Source: Octopus vulgaris
Lineage: Eukaryota
Direction of reading: 5' to 3'
Assembly (NCBI GenBank): GCA_951406725.2
Contig: OX597814.1
Location: 117,862,001-117,926,000 of the forward strand
DNA length: 64,000 nt
Positions 24,797 to 38,900 of this stretch are shown in pieces. The translations under genes were made by a program, and so were the position numbers. The notes below the pieces were generated by a model. That model worked only from the letters and a program-made list of their open reading frames with translations. It was not told where the DNA came from and ran no database searches. Within the stretch, counting starts at the first letter, position 1, and every line of letters begins with the position of its first letter.

Positions 24797-27480
24797 ACAC
24801 ACACACACACATATGTATGTATGTATATATATATTTATATGTGTATGTGTGTGTGCGTGTGCATTGTATGTGTGTGTATTTTTTGCCTGCGTGTGTAAAA
24901 TATGGATAAATACGGGTTTCTGTAATAGTTTCGCCACGAGTAACACAATTGTGGTTATTTGGAACCCTTGAATTGAGATTCCAAGTGCACAAAAACCATA
25001 GATCATTAAGGACAAACCTTATAGTATTAAGTTACAGATAACTGTGTTCAAAGATGGGCGGTTAGCGAAGCACATTATACTTAAATATGGCGTTGTGGGA
25101 ATAGAGAGAAAATAATTCGAAGTGACGAATGCAAAAAAGAGAGGGTAAGAGCGAGCCAGAAATACAAAAAGCAAGTGGAGTAAAACGAAAAGAAAGGGAT
25201 TGGTACAAAGAAAGAAAAAGCGAGTAATTTTATAAGTAAAAAGTATAATGTATATGGTGTATACATTATGACAAAAAAATATAAATTATACATGGAATGG
25301 ATGTGGATATTACACAATGTAATCGGACGAATAAATACATAAATGAATACAGTACAGAGAGGAAAATATAGAGAAAGGAAGAGAGTATTACAGAGTGGGG
25401 TAAAAGGGCAGTTATGTAGAGAGGTGCGTAAAGATAAAATGAATGGGAATCAGTTATCAACAAGACATTAATTTTTGGGATGAGAATGAATGAATGCATG
25501 GAGTCATGAATCCACGTATACAAAGGTCATTTTTATAATGACGCAGATTTTTCAGGTCTCAAAAAGATAAATTCACCAGACGAAAGATCACTGTAGATAT
25601 ATTAGGAAGCGTGTGGACTCGCGTGCAGACACACACACATGCACAGATATATGGATGTGCGTATGTGTGTATTGAAAATAAAACAGATATTTGTGTATTA
25701 AACACTATGTGAGATATAGCAAAATACGTGATGTTAGTCATAGAGGTGTGAATACAGAATGTTTATTTATATTGAATTTAACGCTTATAACATTCCAACG
25801 AAATTAAACTTTGTTTTAATTTTTCTGTAAAACCTTGATACTTGGATTCTTCGATATAACTAATTAATGTTTTGTAGATGTGTACAAATACTTATTTGTA
25901 GGGGCATTAATAGAAAGAAATAATAGGACAAGAATGAGGGATTCTCTTTACTCGATTCAGTTCTATGTTTTGTTCATAAAACTTTCACGTGGGTTTAGGT
26001 TATTATTTAGAGTTTGTTGTAACACCATATCCAGTTGATCTATTGTATCGAATAGAATCAATTCTTTAGTGTTTTTATTTTTTAATTTTTGTCAACGCTA
26101 AGGATATTGCATCCACGTTTATTTCTAAATGTAACCCCTTGTTTCTTTTTTCTGAGCATATTTGAGACCTTCAAACGATTATTTGCAAAAATGCATAAGA
26201 AAGTTTGCACTTCCAAGATGTCACCCCCTGTCCATGTATATATGATGCATTGAAAGAAAAAATTCATTCTCTTAAGTTTTCAAAGTAAGTTTTTCGCCCA
26301 GTCATCAATTTCTGCAAGCCTAGGGAGATATGAACAGATAATCGCCACGTGTTTCATTTCAACAGTTTCACTTGCTCGTTATGCCGACCACACAAAAGTA
26401 ATACAATCAGTCAAGGTACCTTCTGATGCTAATCTTCTCCTCGATGGCATATATAAATCGGCTGCGGGACACAACATTCAAATTAATGCAGGCAACTTCC
26501 AAGCTCTCCGCTGCCTGCAAATTGGCGTTCAGAAGTCGCAACAACAACATTTTGGACCAAAATGAGCGGCAATCCCAGAATTATACCACACGGTGCGTGA
26601 TCTCAGGATTCATTTGAGCAACGATTCCTCGTTTGACAGACATTACGATGTGAATTGAGAGAAACTACAAAAGCAGACACAATGAGCAATATCGTTTCTA
26701 ATTCCATGCACTTTTTCGATGTGCAATTCCAACGTTTTTCAAACTATAATGATCATTTGCGAATATGCAACTAGCCGTTACGCTGCTTTTAATACGCTTC
26801 CTCATAGAAACAGGAGAGTGAGATATCTAACATAGTGTTCTGTTCAAGAATAAATTAATTTTATATTCGTTTCTATATATCGCTCTAAAAATCCTACCAT
26901 TGCAAACGCAACGGGCCCTTGAAATATGATTTTGTCTCTAAATAGCAAAGACTAATTTCTTAAATAGCAAAGACTAATTTTAGAATTATTCGAATATCAA
27001 TATCAAAGCTGAAACTGCTTTTAAACTATAAAATTCGATGTGAAAATGTTTGTAAGTCCATAAATAATATTCAAAAATATTTAAGATATATATTTCAGAT
27101 ATATAGAGATATATGAGAGAAGGCAAAATGCTTATACGAATCTCAACTAACAATATACACCTGAATGATTACATAAAAAGTTTACTGAAACATTCATATT
27201 TCTGCCGTAAACTTCAGATAAAAGAACATCGAAAGTTTGCTCTTAAGTGGCAACAAGACATAAACACATAAATATACACAAACAAACAGACAAATACACA
27301 CACATACATACACCCCTACCCACTCACAAATGTAGTTTTGCACATGTAAGCAAGTATATTAGTAATTTGGAAGATAATAAGTGTGTGCACGCAAAGAGAA
27401 AACTTAGGTGTATCTACGTTCATTTTTTAAGAGCAATCATATTAGATATAAACTCGTATATTGAGGGTAAGCTATATATC

Positions 27481-27760
27481 TCTTTTATCCTTTACTTGCT
27501 TCACTCATTCAACTGCTGCCATACTGGAGCACTGCCTCGAAGAATGCTAGCCGAAAGGATTCTCCCAGGAATTATTATATTTTAAATCCTGGGACTTATT
27601 CTACCTTCCTCTTTTAAAGAATCGTTATGTTAGGAGGATGTAAGCAGAACACCGGTTGCTGAACGGTGGAGAGGAAAAACATAGACAGAGACACACAGAC
27701 ACATACTCACACGCACCCACACATACGCACACAAACACACAACACACACATACATAAACT
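27481..27760 (-). mobile_element. Diverged SINE family A-related 3' portion
   Basis: Similar to 17290-17490 (tail, GCCATACTGGAGCACTGCC block, internal CA repeat). Confidence 0.65.
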
Positions 27761-28149
27761 AAGCGGTGAGGTAAAAGATAGATGGATTTTGTATTGTGTG
27801 CGACACTGCGGAATTTCCGAAGTAGATCCAACGGAAATATACCCCAGCTGAGGACGACATCAGTTAGCCCAAACCGTACAAGCGCATTCCGCAATGCATC
27901 AGCGCACTAAATGACATATACCCATTAGTCCAAAAAATTACACACACACACATATACACACACACATGAACGCAAACGTTAATTTTTGCTTAGGCATAGA
28001 GATACTAATGATTTTAATTAAATAATCAGTATATATATATGCTATCAAGTACAGAGCAGTACGAAAAAATTATATATTACGATGGAAGGAGAAATATTCT
28101 TTGTGTAGAAGGAACAATGTTAAAATGTAGTGAGACGTGAGCTGCGCAT

Positions 28150-28490
28150 GTAAAGCACACGAGGAGTCTAAAGAGGTATTGTGCGAGTAACATCCGCTGG
28201 GTGTGCAATATCAGTGTATGTGTACGATAAAATGCTAAGATATTGGAATGAAACTTGGGCATAACAGGAATTAGATGCAGTGTGCATGAGAAGACTGCGT
28301 TATTTTGGCCATGTGATATAGATAAGGACAGCCGCATCAAACATTGTTGGTCGCTTAAAGTGACTGAAACTTCTGAAAGGCCAAGGCCCAGAAAGAGAAG
28401 GGGCGAAGTAGTGAAGGTAGATCTGAAGAGACGATAAAGCTCAGTGGTGATTAAATAAGTTCACTATTCGCGAGAATCCCGTCTATCAAC
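28150..28490 (+). mobile_element. RTE-clade LINE 3' relic
   Basis: RRLRYFGHV..DKDSRIKHCWSLKV..ERPRPRKRRGEVVKVDL matches RTE RLRWFGHV..RGRPRKTW..V..DL. Confidence 0.75.
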
Positions 28491-29560
28491 AAATATGATG
28501 TCCTACACGCACTACCATTTATTGTCATCCTCCTTTCCGTTATTACATTATTTTAAACGTACTACTCATTTCTGTGCCTTCATTTAGCACTCTTCTCTAT
28601 CATACCCCATCTTACCACCTCATAATTCACACGACCTGATAGTTACCTGGTGTATTCTGTTTGAGTGAATCGATAACTGCTGTCACACTATTCCATAATC
28701 AATACGTACGTTTATATATTCTCTCCCTCGTTCTTTCTCCCTTCCTCTCACTCATACGTTTGGCGCATTGCTCGTCTTATTTTTGTTTATTACGTATCAT
28801 TGTCTCACTGATTAGCAATCGTAACAATTTAATAAATGCATGTAAACAAGACATTTGGTTGCTTGTTTAGTTCGTGTATATCTATAGAAGTACACTGTCA
28901 AAATTCCTAGTGCTGCGTCGATATATTGTACTGAACAGATGACGCTAAATAAGCAGCCGTTGGCTACAATTGACATATTCTGAGGACCAAATCACTAAAT
29001 CAATATTGCCATAGAAACTGCCCACAAGAAAATTAAAAACTCTATTTCAAATTGATTGATGGGAGAATTTTTTTTCTTTATCTGTTATTCATACTATTCA
29101 TCTTAAGATTGCTTTGGTACAGAATTTTTTTATCACGTATTTTGCGAAATTTCTGTTTCGTCAATTATTTTTTAATGCAAATTTTCATATATTGCAACGT
29201 TCTCAAGGTTAAAAGTACAAAATATGTCAAAATATTAATGGAAGGAAAGGACGTCAATAGTCTACAGAAATAAATGAAACGGCCATATAATATAACTTCG
29301 TATTCTTTGTACTTAAATGTTTGCCAAACAATCAAAGGTAAATGATTTTTCAAAACTTTATTTCCTTTTGTGAAGCATTAACTTGTAAACATAACATGGT
29401 AGTGCACAAATTAGCTTTTCCATGGTTGTAAGTGTCCCATGCAGAGAAAAATTTAGAGTTTTCGCAATGGAAAATATAATAAACACGGCAGAACTGGGAA
29501 TGAATCGATGAAAATGATTGCATTAGGATAAAATAATAATAGTAACTCTCCAGAAAATAC

Positions 29561-29961
29561 TATTTCTTTTCTAGGCACAAGGCCCAAAATTCTGGGGAAG
29601 GGGGCCAGTCGATTAGATCGACCTCTGTAAGCAACTAGTACTTAATTTATTGACCCCACCCAAAAAATGAAAGGCAAAGTCAACCTCGGCGGAATTTGAA
29701 CTCAAAGCGTAAAGACAGACGAGATACCTATTTCTTTACTACTCACAAGGGGATAAACACAGAGAGGACAAACAAGGACAGTCAAACGGATTAAGTCGAT
29801 TATATCGACCCCAGTGTGTAACTGATACTTATTTAATCGACCCCGAAAAGATGGAAGGCAAAGTCGACCTCGGTGGAATTTGAACTAAGAACGTAGCATC
29901 AGACGAAATACGGCTACGCATTTCGCCCCGCGTGCTAACGTCTCTGCTAGCTCGCCGCCTT
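29561..29961 (-). mobile_element. Dimeric tRNA-derived SINE, family B
   Basis: Two tandem modules, each with B-box-like AGTTCAAATTCC followed by GAGGT(C/T)GACTTTGCCTT(T/C)CAT..GGGGTC(G/A)AT. Monomer relatives at 37917-38088 and 32205-32412. Confidence 0.8.
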
Positions 29962-30639
29962 CTTCAAAAATGATGAAAGATCATGGCTCGCGAAAGAAGT
30001 GTTCATGACTGAATTTCGGAAGGAGTGCAATTGGAAACGCAAATGTAAGAAAGGATTTCAAATAGCTACTGTGTTGTAGATAATGGTTGTAGCGTAGAAG
30101 GCATATGTTAGCCATGTTAGACTGTTTAACTTCACTTAAACATATGTCCTCTTCAGTACAACATTACAATAATTTAATGCCAGTGACCAGGTCATAGTTT
30201 CGAGTGACGAAGGATTTGTTAACATATTAACAGTATATTTTGTCTTTCTGAATGACTCCTATATGCCTTCCATGATGCAATCCTTATACTCTCAGTATAC
30301 TATCTCAGTTCAAACACTCGCCTGGCAAGTACACCATCACAATTTTATACATTTACATGGAATATCTGTATATGTGTGTGTTCTTGTGTGTGTGCTTGCG
30401 TGTGTATGTGTGAGTATGTGTGTATGTATATATACATACAGACATCTACCTAATTTCTAGTTACATTACTAATGTGTGTATCAAGAAAACGAGGAGCAGA
30501 GAGAGAGATCTAAAACTCTGTTACTCGTGATATCTAAAGGTTTTATTGACATTTGTAAACAATGTCATATCATTACTTCTATCTTGTGTTATTTGATTAA
30601 ATATAGATCCGACATTGGATTAAAAAGTTTAGAATATTA

Positions 30640-31960
30640 ATCTTGCAAACGAGCCTTTCCAAAATCACGCCAACATCTTCAGAGATTACTTGCATGTAGT
30701 AAGCTCGCAGGTAAATTGAAGGAGGGAGTAATATGCACCTATTCATAAAGGAGAAAGCAGACCCAAAAATTATAGGCCAATCTTTCTGATCTCACACATA
30801 AGCGGAATCATGAAACGAAGAGTCCGATGGAAACTAATTGCATTCCTTGCAGAGAATGACTTTTTCCGACACCCACCAAGGATTTCAAACTGGTAGAAGC
30901 TACCTGACACAGGTCTTACAGCACTAATGTTTGATGTTAAAGCAGCTGCTCAGCAACTAAAATGCTGGCGTAATATGTTTGTATTTTGCATAAACCTGTG
31001 GTTAAGTTGACCATGGTATGTTATGTCACAAGCAGCGTAATCTCGACATAGTCGGAAAATTGGGGAGTGATTACAAGTCTTCCTAGAAGGTAAAAATCAG
31101 GCAATAATAGCCAACAGGGCTGCCTACATTGAAAGGCACATAATATGTAGGGTCTCACTGAGCACTGTCTTGTGACAACTTCTAATTATAGTAGCCTATC
31201 ATATATGCCATTAACTGGTCAGATAGTCACCCTTGACTGATATGTAGACGGTACAAAAATCTCTCTGAGGATACAAAACCCAAGGATTATTACGAAACAG
31301 CAACAGGAGTTGGATGCAATATACAGGTGGGATGAGAACAATAACGTGCAGTTTAATGCTGCAAACTTCCAAGCCTTACCTCACCAGCAAAGAACCTGAA
31401 TGAAATTCGGGCGGATGAATTAACCCATGATTCCTCAAGCTCTGCATTTACATAAATAGTGATACATCGCTCCAGGTGCATATTACTAAGTTGGAAACAA
31501 AATACAGACGGATGGCAGGATGGAGCCTTAGAAATTTTTGAACGAGAGAGCATGAAAACACGAATGTCCTCTGGAAGATATTTCTGCTCAGCCGTATAGA
31601 CTCTTTCTCTTAACAATGGTCACACGCAGTGTAAAATGAATGACAGAACCCGAAGCCATTAGCAAAGCTACACAAAGAAAATTGTTTCAGTGCGACATAG
31701 CAACTACTGAGAGAGACTACAAATGCTAAATCACTTCATCAGCTATGGCAAAATCGGGAAATATATGCAGTAATATACAGCTAGAAAATTCTATTTTAGT
31801 TTTGCAAGTTAACAGAAACCCTGCATAGAAAAAAATCCTCAAATTGCCTTAGGTATACAAGATTAGGTACTATGATATCTTGAGTTTCAAAGTCCTACAG
31901 CGCTTCGATATCTTCCGCCAAATCCCGAGAGACCTACATGACATGAATGTAAGTGCCTTC
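30640..31960 (+). mobile_element. CR1-clade LINE RT relic
   Basis: PIHKG..PKNYRPIFLISHISGIMKRRVRWKLIAFL..HQGFQTGRSYLTQVLQH, later QQELDAIYRWDENNNVQFNAANF; many stops and frameshifts. Confidence 0.82.
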
Positions 31961-32204
31961 AAAGGTAATTTAAGAAGCTATGCATATTAGTGACACAATG
32001 TATGTTTGTGTGAGAAATTTGGTCAGCCAGTGGAATGATAATATATAGCGTAACACAACAGATCGACGCCGAACAACAAAGACTGACTATACAGATTTTT
32101 CCAGATTAAGAAATATGACAATGGGAAGTATTATCAGAGTATTTTATATAGGACTTACATATTTTAAGAATGCGTCTGCCAGAAATCTATGATTTGTAAT
32201 AATT

Positions 32205-32412
32205 GCTTCTAATTTTTATACGGGGCCAGCAATTTTGCGCGTAGTGGGGTCGTCGTTTGCATTGACCACATTACTTGAACCGTTTTAGTTAATCCACCAC
32301 GATAAATTACAGATGGTTCCCCAGGCGGGATTTGAACTCCAAACGTATAAGTCCGGAATAAATACCACGGAAACATTTAATCGAATATAATAACGATTCT
32401 GATACTTCGCTG
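32205..32412 (-). mobile_element. Degenerate SINE family B monomer
   Basis: B-box-like GAGTTCAAATCCCGCC; tail similar to 29561-29620. Confidence 0.55.
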
Positions 32413-33385
32413 ACATACGATTTCCAACAAATGCACAGTTAACATATTTTGCTCATAATCTTATGCAGCCAGACATATAAACGCTCTCACACACATGTAC
32501 ACATATATGTAAACAAAATAGTAAAGAAAGGTAATATATGTTTAAAAAAATACTCAGACAATCTGCTAAACATATTCGATAGAATTTTCAATAAAATTCA
32601 ATTAAAATTTATATAACCGATATTTAACGACAACAAGTTTCTATATTCTGGAAAAAAAAATTAAACAGTTTCACAGACAACTATATTTCAAATAATTGCA
32701 GAATAAAAATACCCATACACACACACACATACACACACATATATATATGCATACATATCCGTTTGTATAAAGTGCACGCCATAGCGGGAGAGACACAGAG
32801 TGAATTAAACAGATAGAGAATGAGAGAAAGGCGTTTTAGCGAGCGTATGAATAATATATTAAATCGACATATTCAAAAATGTATATCTACTACGAATTTT
32901 ACTTGAATTATTATTTATCTTGAAAATGCTCTTTTGTCTACAATTCATATAACCTGATATCGGAATGTTAACAGTTATATAAAGAGACGTTTGAATAATA
33001 CCGATGTGCATGTCAGGAACAAACGTATACGTTAGTGGAAATTAAAACAATGAAACTAAATTTATTTCACAATGCAAATTTACTCCTTTGTATGTAGTCC
33101 ATCTAAATAGAGATTTTCTGTATTTATAATTATATTCTAATTGTTGTGAATTTAGATCACAAAGTATATTGATTGAGTGGAAGTTATCCCTTCATTTAAA
33201 ACCATCATATTTATTTACCTTTCAGAGACGAATTGAACGAGACAGACATAAATCGAAATAAACATATGTCATCAGAATCATATAAACATTAAACAATTAA
33301 TCACTATCACTCAGGAATATTTAAGTATATTAAAAGCAAATACAAATATTTCCTATTCATGTATATATATATATGTATATATATA

Positions 33386-33588
33386 GTTAATCCAAACAGG
33401 AAAACACCAAGAGAAAGCACAACGCGAAGACGTGGAACAAATATAATATTATTATTGGACCCTCAGGAAGGAAGGGAAGAAGGAGGGTCTTACGTTTCGA
33501 GCGAAGCTCTTCGTCAGAAACATAGGAAAAGGAAAGATCCAGAGAAGGGAAGACGGAGGAAAAAAATCGCCAAGGGTACACACGCGGT

Positions 33589-33591
<3 letters not shown>
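33386..33591 (-). mobile_element. ~205-bp HHR-bearing repeat (PLE pseudo-LTR-like) in (TA)n/(CA)n
   Basis: Reverse complement of 43961-44163 with the same termini (GTGACC...GATTAAC). Confidence 0.8.
33487..33521 (-). ncRNA. Minimal type I hammerhead ribozyme motif
   Basis: gttt-CTGACGA-a-gagc-ttc-gctc-GAAA-cg-TA-agac: stem I, stem II and palindromic ACGT stem III. Confidence 0.75.
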
Positions 33592-33625
<34 letters not shown>

Positions 33626-33654
33626 GTATATGTATATATATGTAGGTATATATA

Positions 33655-34020
33655 CTAGCAGTTTCGCCCGGCGTTGCTCGGGTTTGTTGCGACTGTTTAG
33701 AATTGGAATTTTTCAAAAGTAAAAATTTTGCATTATGTGGCGTGTTATTCTCTTTAAATGAACATTTTTCTCATTGAAATACACCGAAAAATGGCGACGC
33801 AGCAGTCAAAAAATCGTAAAAAATAGGGATTTACATAGCAAACAGCACCTTTTGATGTAAATAATTTTTGGTGTTAGCATGGTCCGATATGCATTTATTC
33901 TTCTACGGAAGGAAGGGCAAGCCTTTTTCTATCATACTCTAAATGTTGGTCAACTTGCGCTAGTGTTAGTTGAAGGCTACCAAACCTGCCATACACAGAA
34001 AACTTCAGCTTTATATATAT
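33655..34020 (-). mobile_element. Non-autonomous Helitron
   Basis: Minus-strand 3' end CCCG-AGCAACGC-CGGG hairpin, then CGAAACTG-CTAG|T: the canonical Helitron terminus. The 5' end runs into (TA)n. Confidence 0.72.
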
Positions 34021-34021
34021 A

Positions 34022-34061
<40 letters not shown>

Positions 34062-34120
34062 CAATTGTGTTTCTTAAATGGCTTACAAACACCTTCCACG
34101 CTGCAATTGTTATATATATA

Positions 34121-34154
<34 letters not shown>

Positions 34155-34177
34155 CTTTATTTTAAGCAGCAGAAAAT

Positions 34178-34238
34178 TCAACAAAATCTGTTACTCTGAG
34201 TTTCTCGTTGCCGTTCATCAGACAGTTTTTGCTAGAAT
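34178..34238 (-). ncRNA. Type I hammerhead ribozyme motif with long stem I
   Basis: agcaaaaactgt-CTGATGA-acg-gcaa-cga-GAAA-ctcagag-TA-acagattttgtt; stem III is ACTC-A-GAGT. Confidence 0.72.
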
Positions 34239-34485
34239 GGAACATATATATTAATTCAATCTATACTCTTACAAACGCTACACCTTTAAAAAGAAATGGA
34301 CTTGTTTGATTGGCCCTTTAGAAAAAACGGTCAATCTTCGAGCGATAAACAAAAAGGTCAAAAATATATGTATATATATATATAAAAACTTATAAAAATT
34401 ATAAAATCCGAGGAAAAAACCGAGGAAAAAACCTATTGCCGTTAATGAAGACAGTATATATATATATATATATATATGAAGACAG

Positions 34486-34544
<59 letters not shown>

Positions 34545-34642
34545 ATATACATATATACATATATATATCTATCTATATATAGATAAATTCCTCTATTTAT
34601 ATAATAGTGAGGTCTATTTCTTTTGTTATCTTACCGTCTTTA

Positions 34643-34679
<37 letters not shown>

Positions 34680-36085
34680 CATACTGAGGAGTAATTAAGC
34701 ATTCTGAAATAAGTTTAGTATCAGTGTTGCAATTTCCAATAATGTGTATGCTTGTACCTCAGATACACATCGGTATTATTAAATGTTTACATTGCAATAT
34801 TACCACGCTATACACCATTTTGAAAATATACATATACGCATGTAAAGCTAAAATCCAAAGATAAATGTGTATGAAGTTAGTAAGCTCCGAGCAAACAGCA
34901 GAACTTATAAAAAACTTTCGTAAACAATTGTGGTTTATTGACGCAGATGGTTGTAAATGTTTCACATATCGAAGTTCGATAATATGTAAAAAGTGATTTT
35001 ATAGGTCATAGATAGCAGCTGATATTGTTTTATATGCGAAAGAAAATGCACATACAGGGAATGGGTAAAATAAATCCAGGCTACGCATGTGTCATATATA
35101 GTAGAACCTCGTTCGCAAGAACATGCACTGCCTGCTCGTCTAAGCTTCAAACATCGGTAAGTGACTATCTTGCCGCTTCCTTCATTCCTCGTACGTTCTA
35201 CACTCATACCAGTTGTTTGTCTGCACTTGAGTTAATTCTAATATACACGTAGCTACTTAACTGATAAACTGATTAATAATCAAATATCATTATACAGCTA
35301 TAGCATCCTGTTTTTACTTGTAGTTCAAGTTGGATTTTAGACACCAGGTAAAACTGTACACAAATTGTACGTACCTATTACGTACCATAATCCTCACCCA
35401 TAATATTAAGAATGGCGGGAGACGTGAGTGCATGTCCTACTGCCAGTCTTGCTCAAATTATGTCACCCAGGCCTGCGCACATATTTGCCGAAATCTTTGT
35501 ATCACTTTATTAGATAGGTTTTGAGAGAACCTTCTTTAAACCAAACATTTAAATATATAATGCAGTTTTAATAGCAACTGCAAAGTATCTACCCGGCTAT
35601 TGTCTGAGTACTAGTCTTTAAATAGGGTTAGATTATTAGGACATGCACTCAGGCTGAAAAATCCACCCTTGTGTCTAAATATGAAATGAATGTTTAATGT
35701 ATTGTACAGTAAATCGTAAATATTTTCGCTTCGTACTATTTTTGTTGTTTAAATTCTTATCATTGCAGGCAATCGATACTGACAGAAAATCAATAAGAGT
35801 TATTTCGAATTCAAAGATATATTTTGAAATAGCTTTAAAAGTAATAGAGATCATAAGCTTGGGTCATTAATGCTAAAATCTATGTTCACCGATCATTTGT
35901 CCGATACTGCAATATTTGCGCTACATTCTAAACATCGTCTATTTCAGTCACAATATATAAACTGTAAGACATATTTTTCCTACTTAAAAAAAATAACATA
36001 ATGTATAGCAAACGATAAAGACATTACAATGATTTATGATTTTGGTATATTGTTGTCTTTCTAATGTAATATTAAAAAGAAAATT

Positions 36086-36146
<61 letters not shown>

Positions 36147-36408
36147 CAGATATATGGCAAGAGAAACGCAGTATGATCGATCGATACTGTAGATGAAATA
36201 ATGTCTAAGAAAAGAAATAAAATTCGGAAGTACGCAGCTGTTTTTGATTCAGATGACGTAAGAAAAGGGAATTATTGGAAAATTAATCTCCCATGAGCAG
36301 ATGTCTGGTGTCTATTGCATATGCCATTGATCATATAGCACACACTAACACACATACACACACACACGCGCGCACACATACAAAAACACACAAACATACT
36401 CACATATT

Positions 36409-36409
<1 letters not shown>

Positions 36410-36460
<51 letters not shown>

Positions 36461-36552
36461 CATTTATATATGTATATATACATACATTTATATATGTACA
36501 TATATATATATATATATATTATATATATAAATGTATATATATATATATATAA

Positions 36553-36605
<53 letters not shown>

Positions 36606-36614
36606 AATACATAT

Positions 36615-36652
<38 letters not shown>

Positions 36653-36676
36653 GCATATATATATATATATATATAC

Positions 36677-36722
<46 letters not shown>
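36410..36722. repeat. Long imperfect (TA)n microsatellite
   Basis: Direct read. Confidence 0.97.
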
Positions 36723-36723
<1 letters not shown>

Positions 36724-37916
36724 GCATACATATTCCCATACATGCATGCACATATACAGATACATGCACACACACATATATGTGTGTATATGTATATATG
36801 TGTGTGAGTTTGTGTGTGTGTGCGTTCGAATGTACTTGTGGATTTCAGTATTCCCTGAGTTCTAATTTAAAAAAAAAATGAATGTAGAGGGCACGGTAGG
36901 ACGCATATGAAGGACGTTTTATTTGACTATATTTAAGCATAGACGTCCCATTCATGGTTCATAAAATTTAAAATTTTAAATTATGAAATTACTTATTATG
37001 TTTTAAGAGGAGCATCGATGCATTGATATTCATTATCATCTCAAGCAGTAACGTAAAACTTTGAGAAACAAGACACAAGGCGCCTGTCGAAATCCTGCAA
37101 TCTGAGAAGTTGCAGCTCCCTATCGTTTCGATATTTCATCTAAATAGATTTAACTATGAAAGCATAGCTTAACTCTATTATGAGAAAGTACAGTTCAGCA
37201 GAATTTTAAAAAACAGTTGTTTATATTAGGTAATATCGTAGGCAAGTATTTTTATTTCTTTATATATATCTAACTCAATTTCAGTACATGCACACACACA
37301 CACAGACACACCCACACACATATATTGTCTTCTTGCAATGGATTTAGATAAAGCATCATCACTGAAAATTAACATTTTTCTGAGTTTACGTCAATACATT
37401 TTAGCCCGATTCTGTTAGTAGTAACTTTCAAAATGTCGTTTAAGCTGGACCTATTAATATAAATATCTATATTTTTACACATAAAAAAAACTATCGTATA
37501 TTGCATTTCATGTATGAAACATAAATGATGAGTCTAATATGTTTATCTGCATAATTGCCTGTATACCCGCTCAACTCACACACATACGTCAACAAATACG
37601 TCAAAGAAATCGGAATTGACATGAGAGCAGAGCAAGCCACAAACACTGCTCTGCCGTGGACAGTTAAGATTTTTAAGATTGTTACTTGGATATCGAATGT
37701 CTGCGACGATACTTAACAAGCAAATATCACATCTTATAATGAGCGGATAGAGAACCTGTGAGACCTCTGACAGCAGGCTGCTGCTCGCTCTCAGAGAATC
37801 TACCAGAACTCACAAAACCGAACTTTCGGAGAATTAAAACAACGACAACAGCAACAACATCATCATCATCAACAACAACAAAAACAACAACAACAATAAT
37901 AAAAATAATAAAAATC

Positions 37917-38088
37917 ATTTCTATTATAGGCACATGGCCTGAAATTTTTGGGAGGGGGTAGCCGATTTCGTCGACCCCTGTACTCAACAACTGGTACTTA
38001 ACTTATCGACCCCGAAATGATGAAAGGTAATCTGGATCTAGAACGTAGCGGCGGGCGAAATACCGCTAAGAATTTCGCCAGGCGTGCT
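37917..38088 (-). mobile_element. SINE family B monomer, internally deleted
   Basis: Matches 29561-29680 and 29885-29940. Confidence 0.75.
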
Positions 38089-38409
38089 GATAATAATAAT
38101 AATAATATTAATAATGATAATAATAATACAGGTCAATTATTAGCACTGGTACCTAGTATTTCAATATTTCAGGGTTGGGACTCCTTGTTCAACAAATTTA
38201 TGGAAAAAAGATCTTCATAGTTGTTTTCTCAGCTCTGTAATGTGCGTGTATGAAATGTGTTGCGCTGCAAGAGTAACCGGTGTGCTACGTGCAGTTCAAA
38301 TTTCTTATTAATTCGCGTGGTGAGGTTGTTAATGAATTTAGCCACTGGTTATTACATACCTGAATCGAATAGAACGCAAAACACTTTACAGCTCCCATTC
38401 ATGTGCACT

Positions 38410-38900
38410 TTTCGTCAGATGTGTCGATAACATCCTCATATTAACACCATCTCGGAGGTTTATAAAATAAAGAATGTTTAAAGAAAATTTACACACTTAT
38501 GATATTTGAAGTCGACCATCTGAATCACGCCGGGTCCCTATATCTGATTGATTTTAGTAATTAAATTGACAGAGAACGGTTACATCTTTATAATTATCAA
38601 AGGAAAAGTAGCATGCAGGGACCTATTTGTGCATTATAATTCTTCCCTGCCCACCAGGGGTAAGATGGCCTACATTGGAAATGAGATCCGCAATACACGC
38701 GATGTATACAGCGAAGCAAGAAGCAAAAATACAGCCGGGATGTCATCACCAGTCCATCTTCAAAACCAAGGATAACATGCGTCTCAAACTCCCATATTTC
38801 AACGATAAACAAGTACTACAAAACGCTGTGCGATATGTAAGGAGAGACTAGATATACAACTGGCACTCACTAGATCTTCATCGAGGTGCGGAAGCTATAC
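38410..38900 (+). mobile_element. Penelope-like element RT (motif 5 to thumb) relic
   Basis: RCVDNILILT (decayed RYVDD), IFEVDH..GSLYLIDFS, RDLFVHYNSSLP..K..YIGNE, LKLPYFND. Confidence 0.62.

Noticed and set aside
30081-30166. Imperfect ~85-nt hairpin with CTGAAGA on the minus strand (HHR or pre-miRNA)
   Set aside because: No GAAA after the stem, many mismatches, and no supporting evidence for a miRNA.
37560-37850. GC-richer unique segment (also 26400-26640) as upstream exon or promoter of the galactosyltransferase
   Set aside because: Plausible, but I could not fix splice sites or promoter motifs without transcript data.
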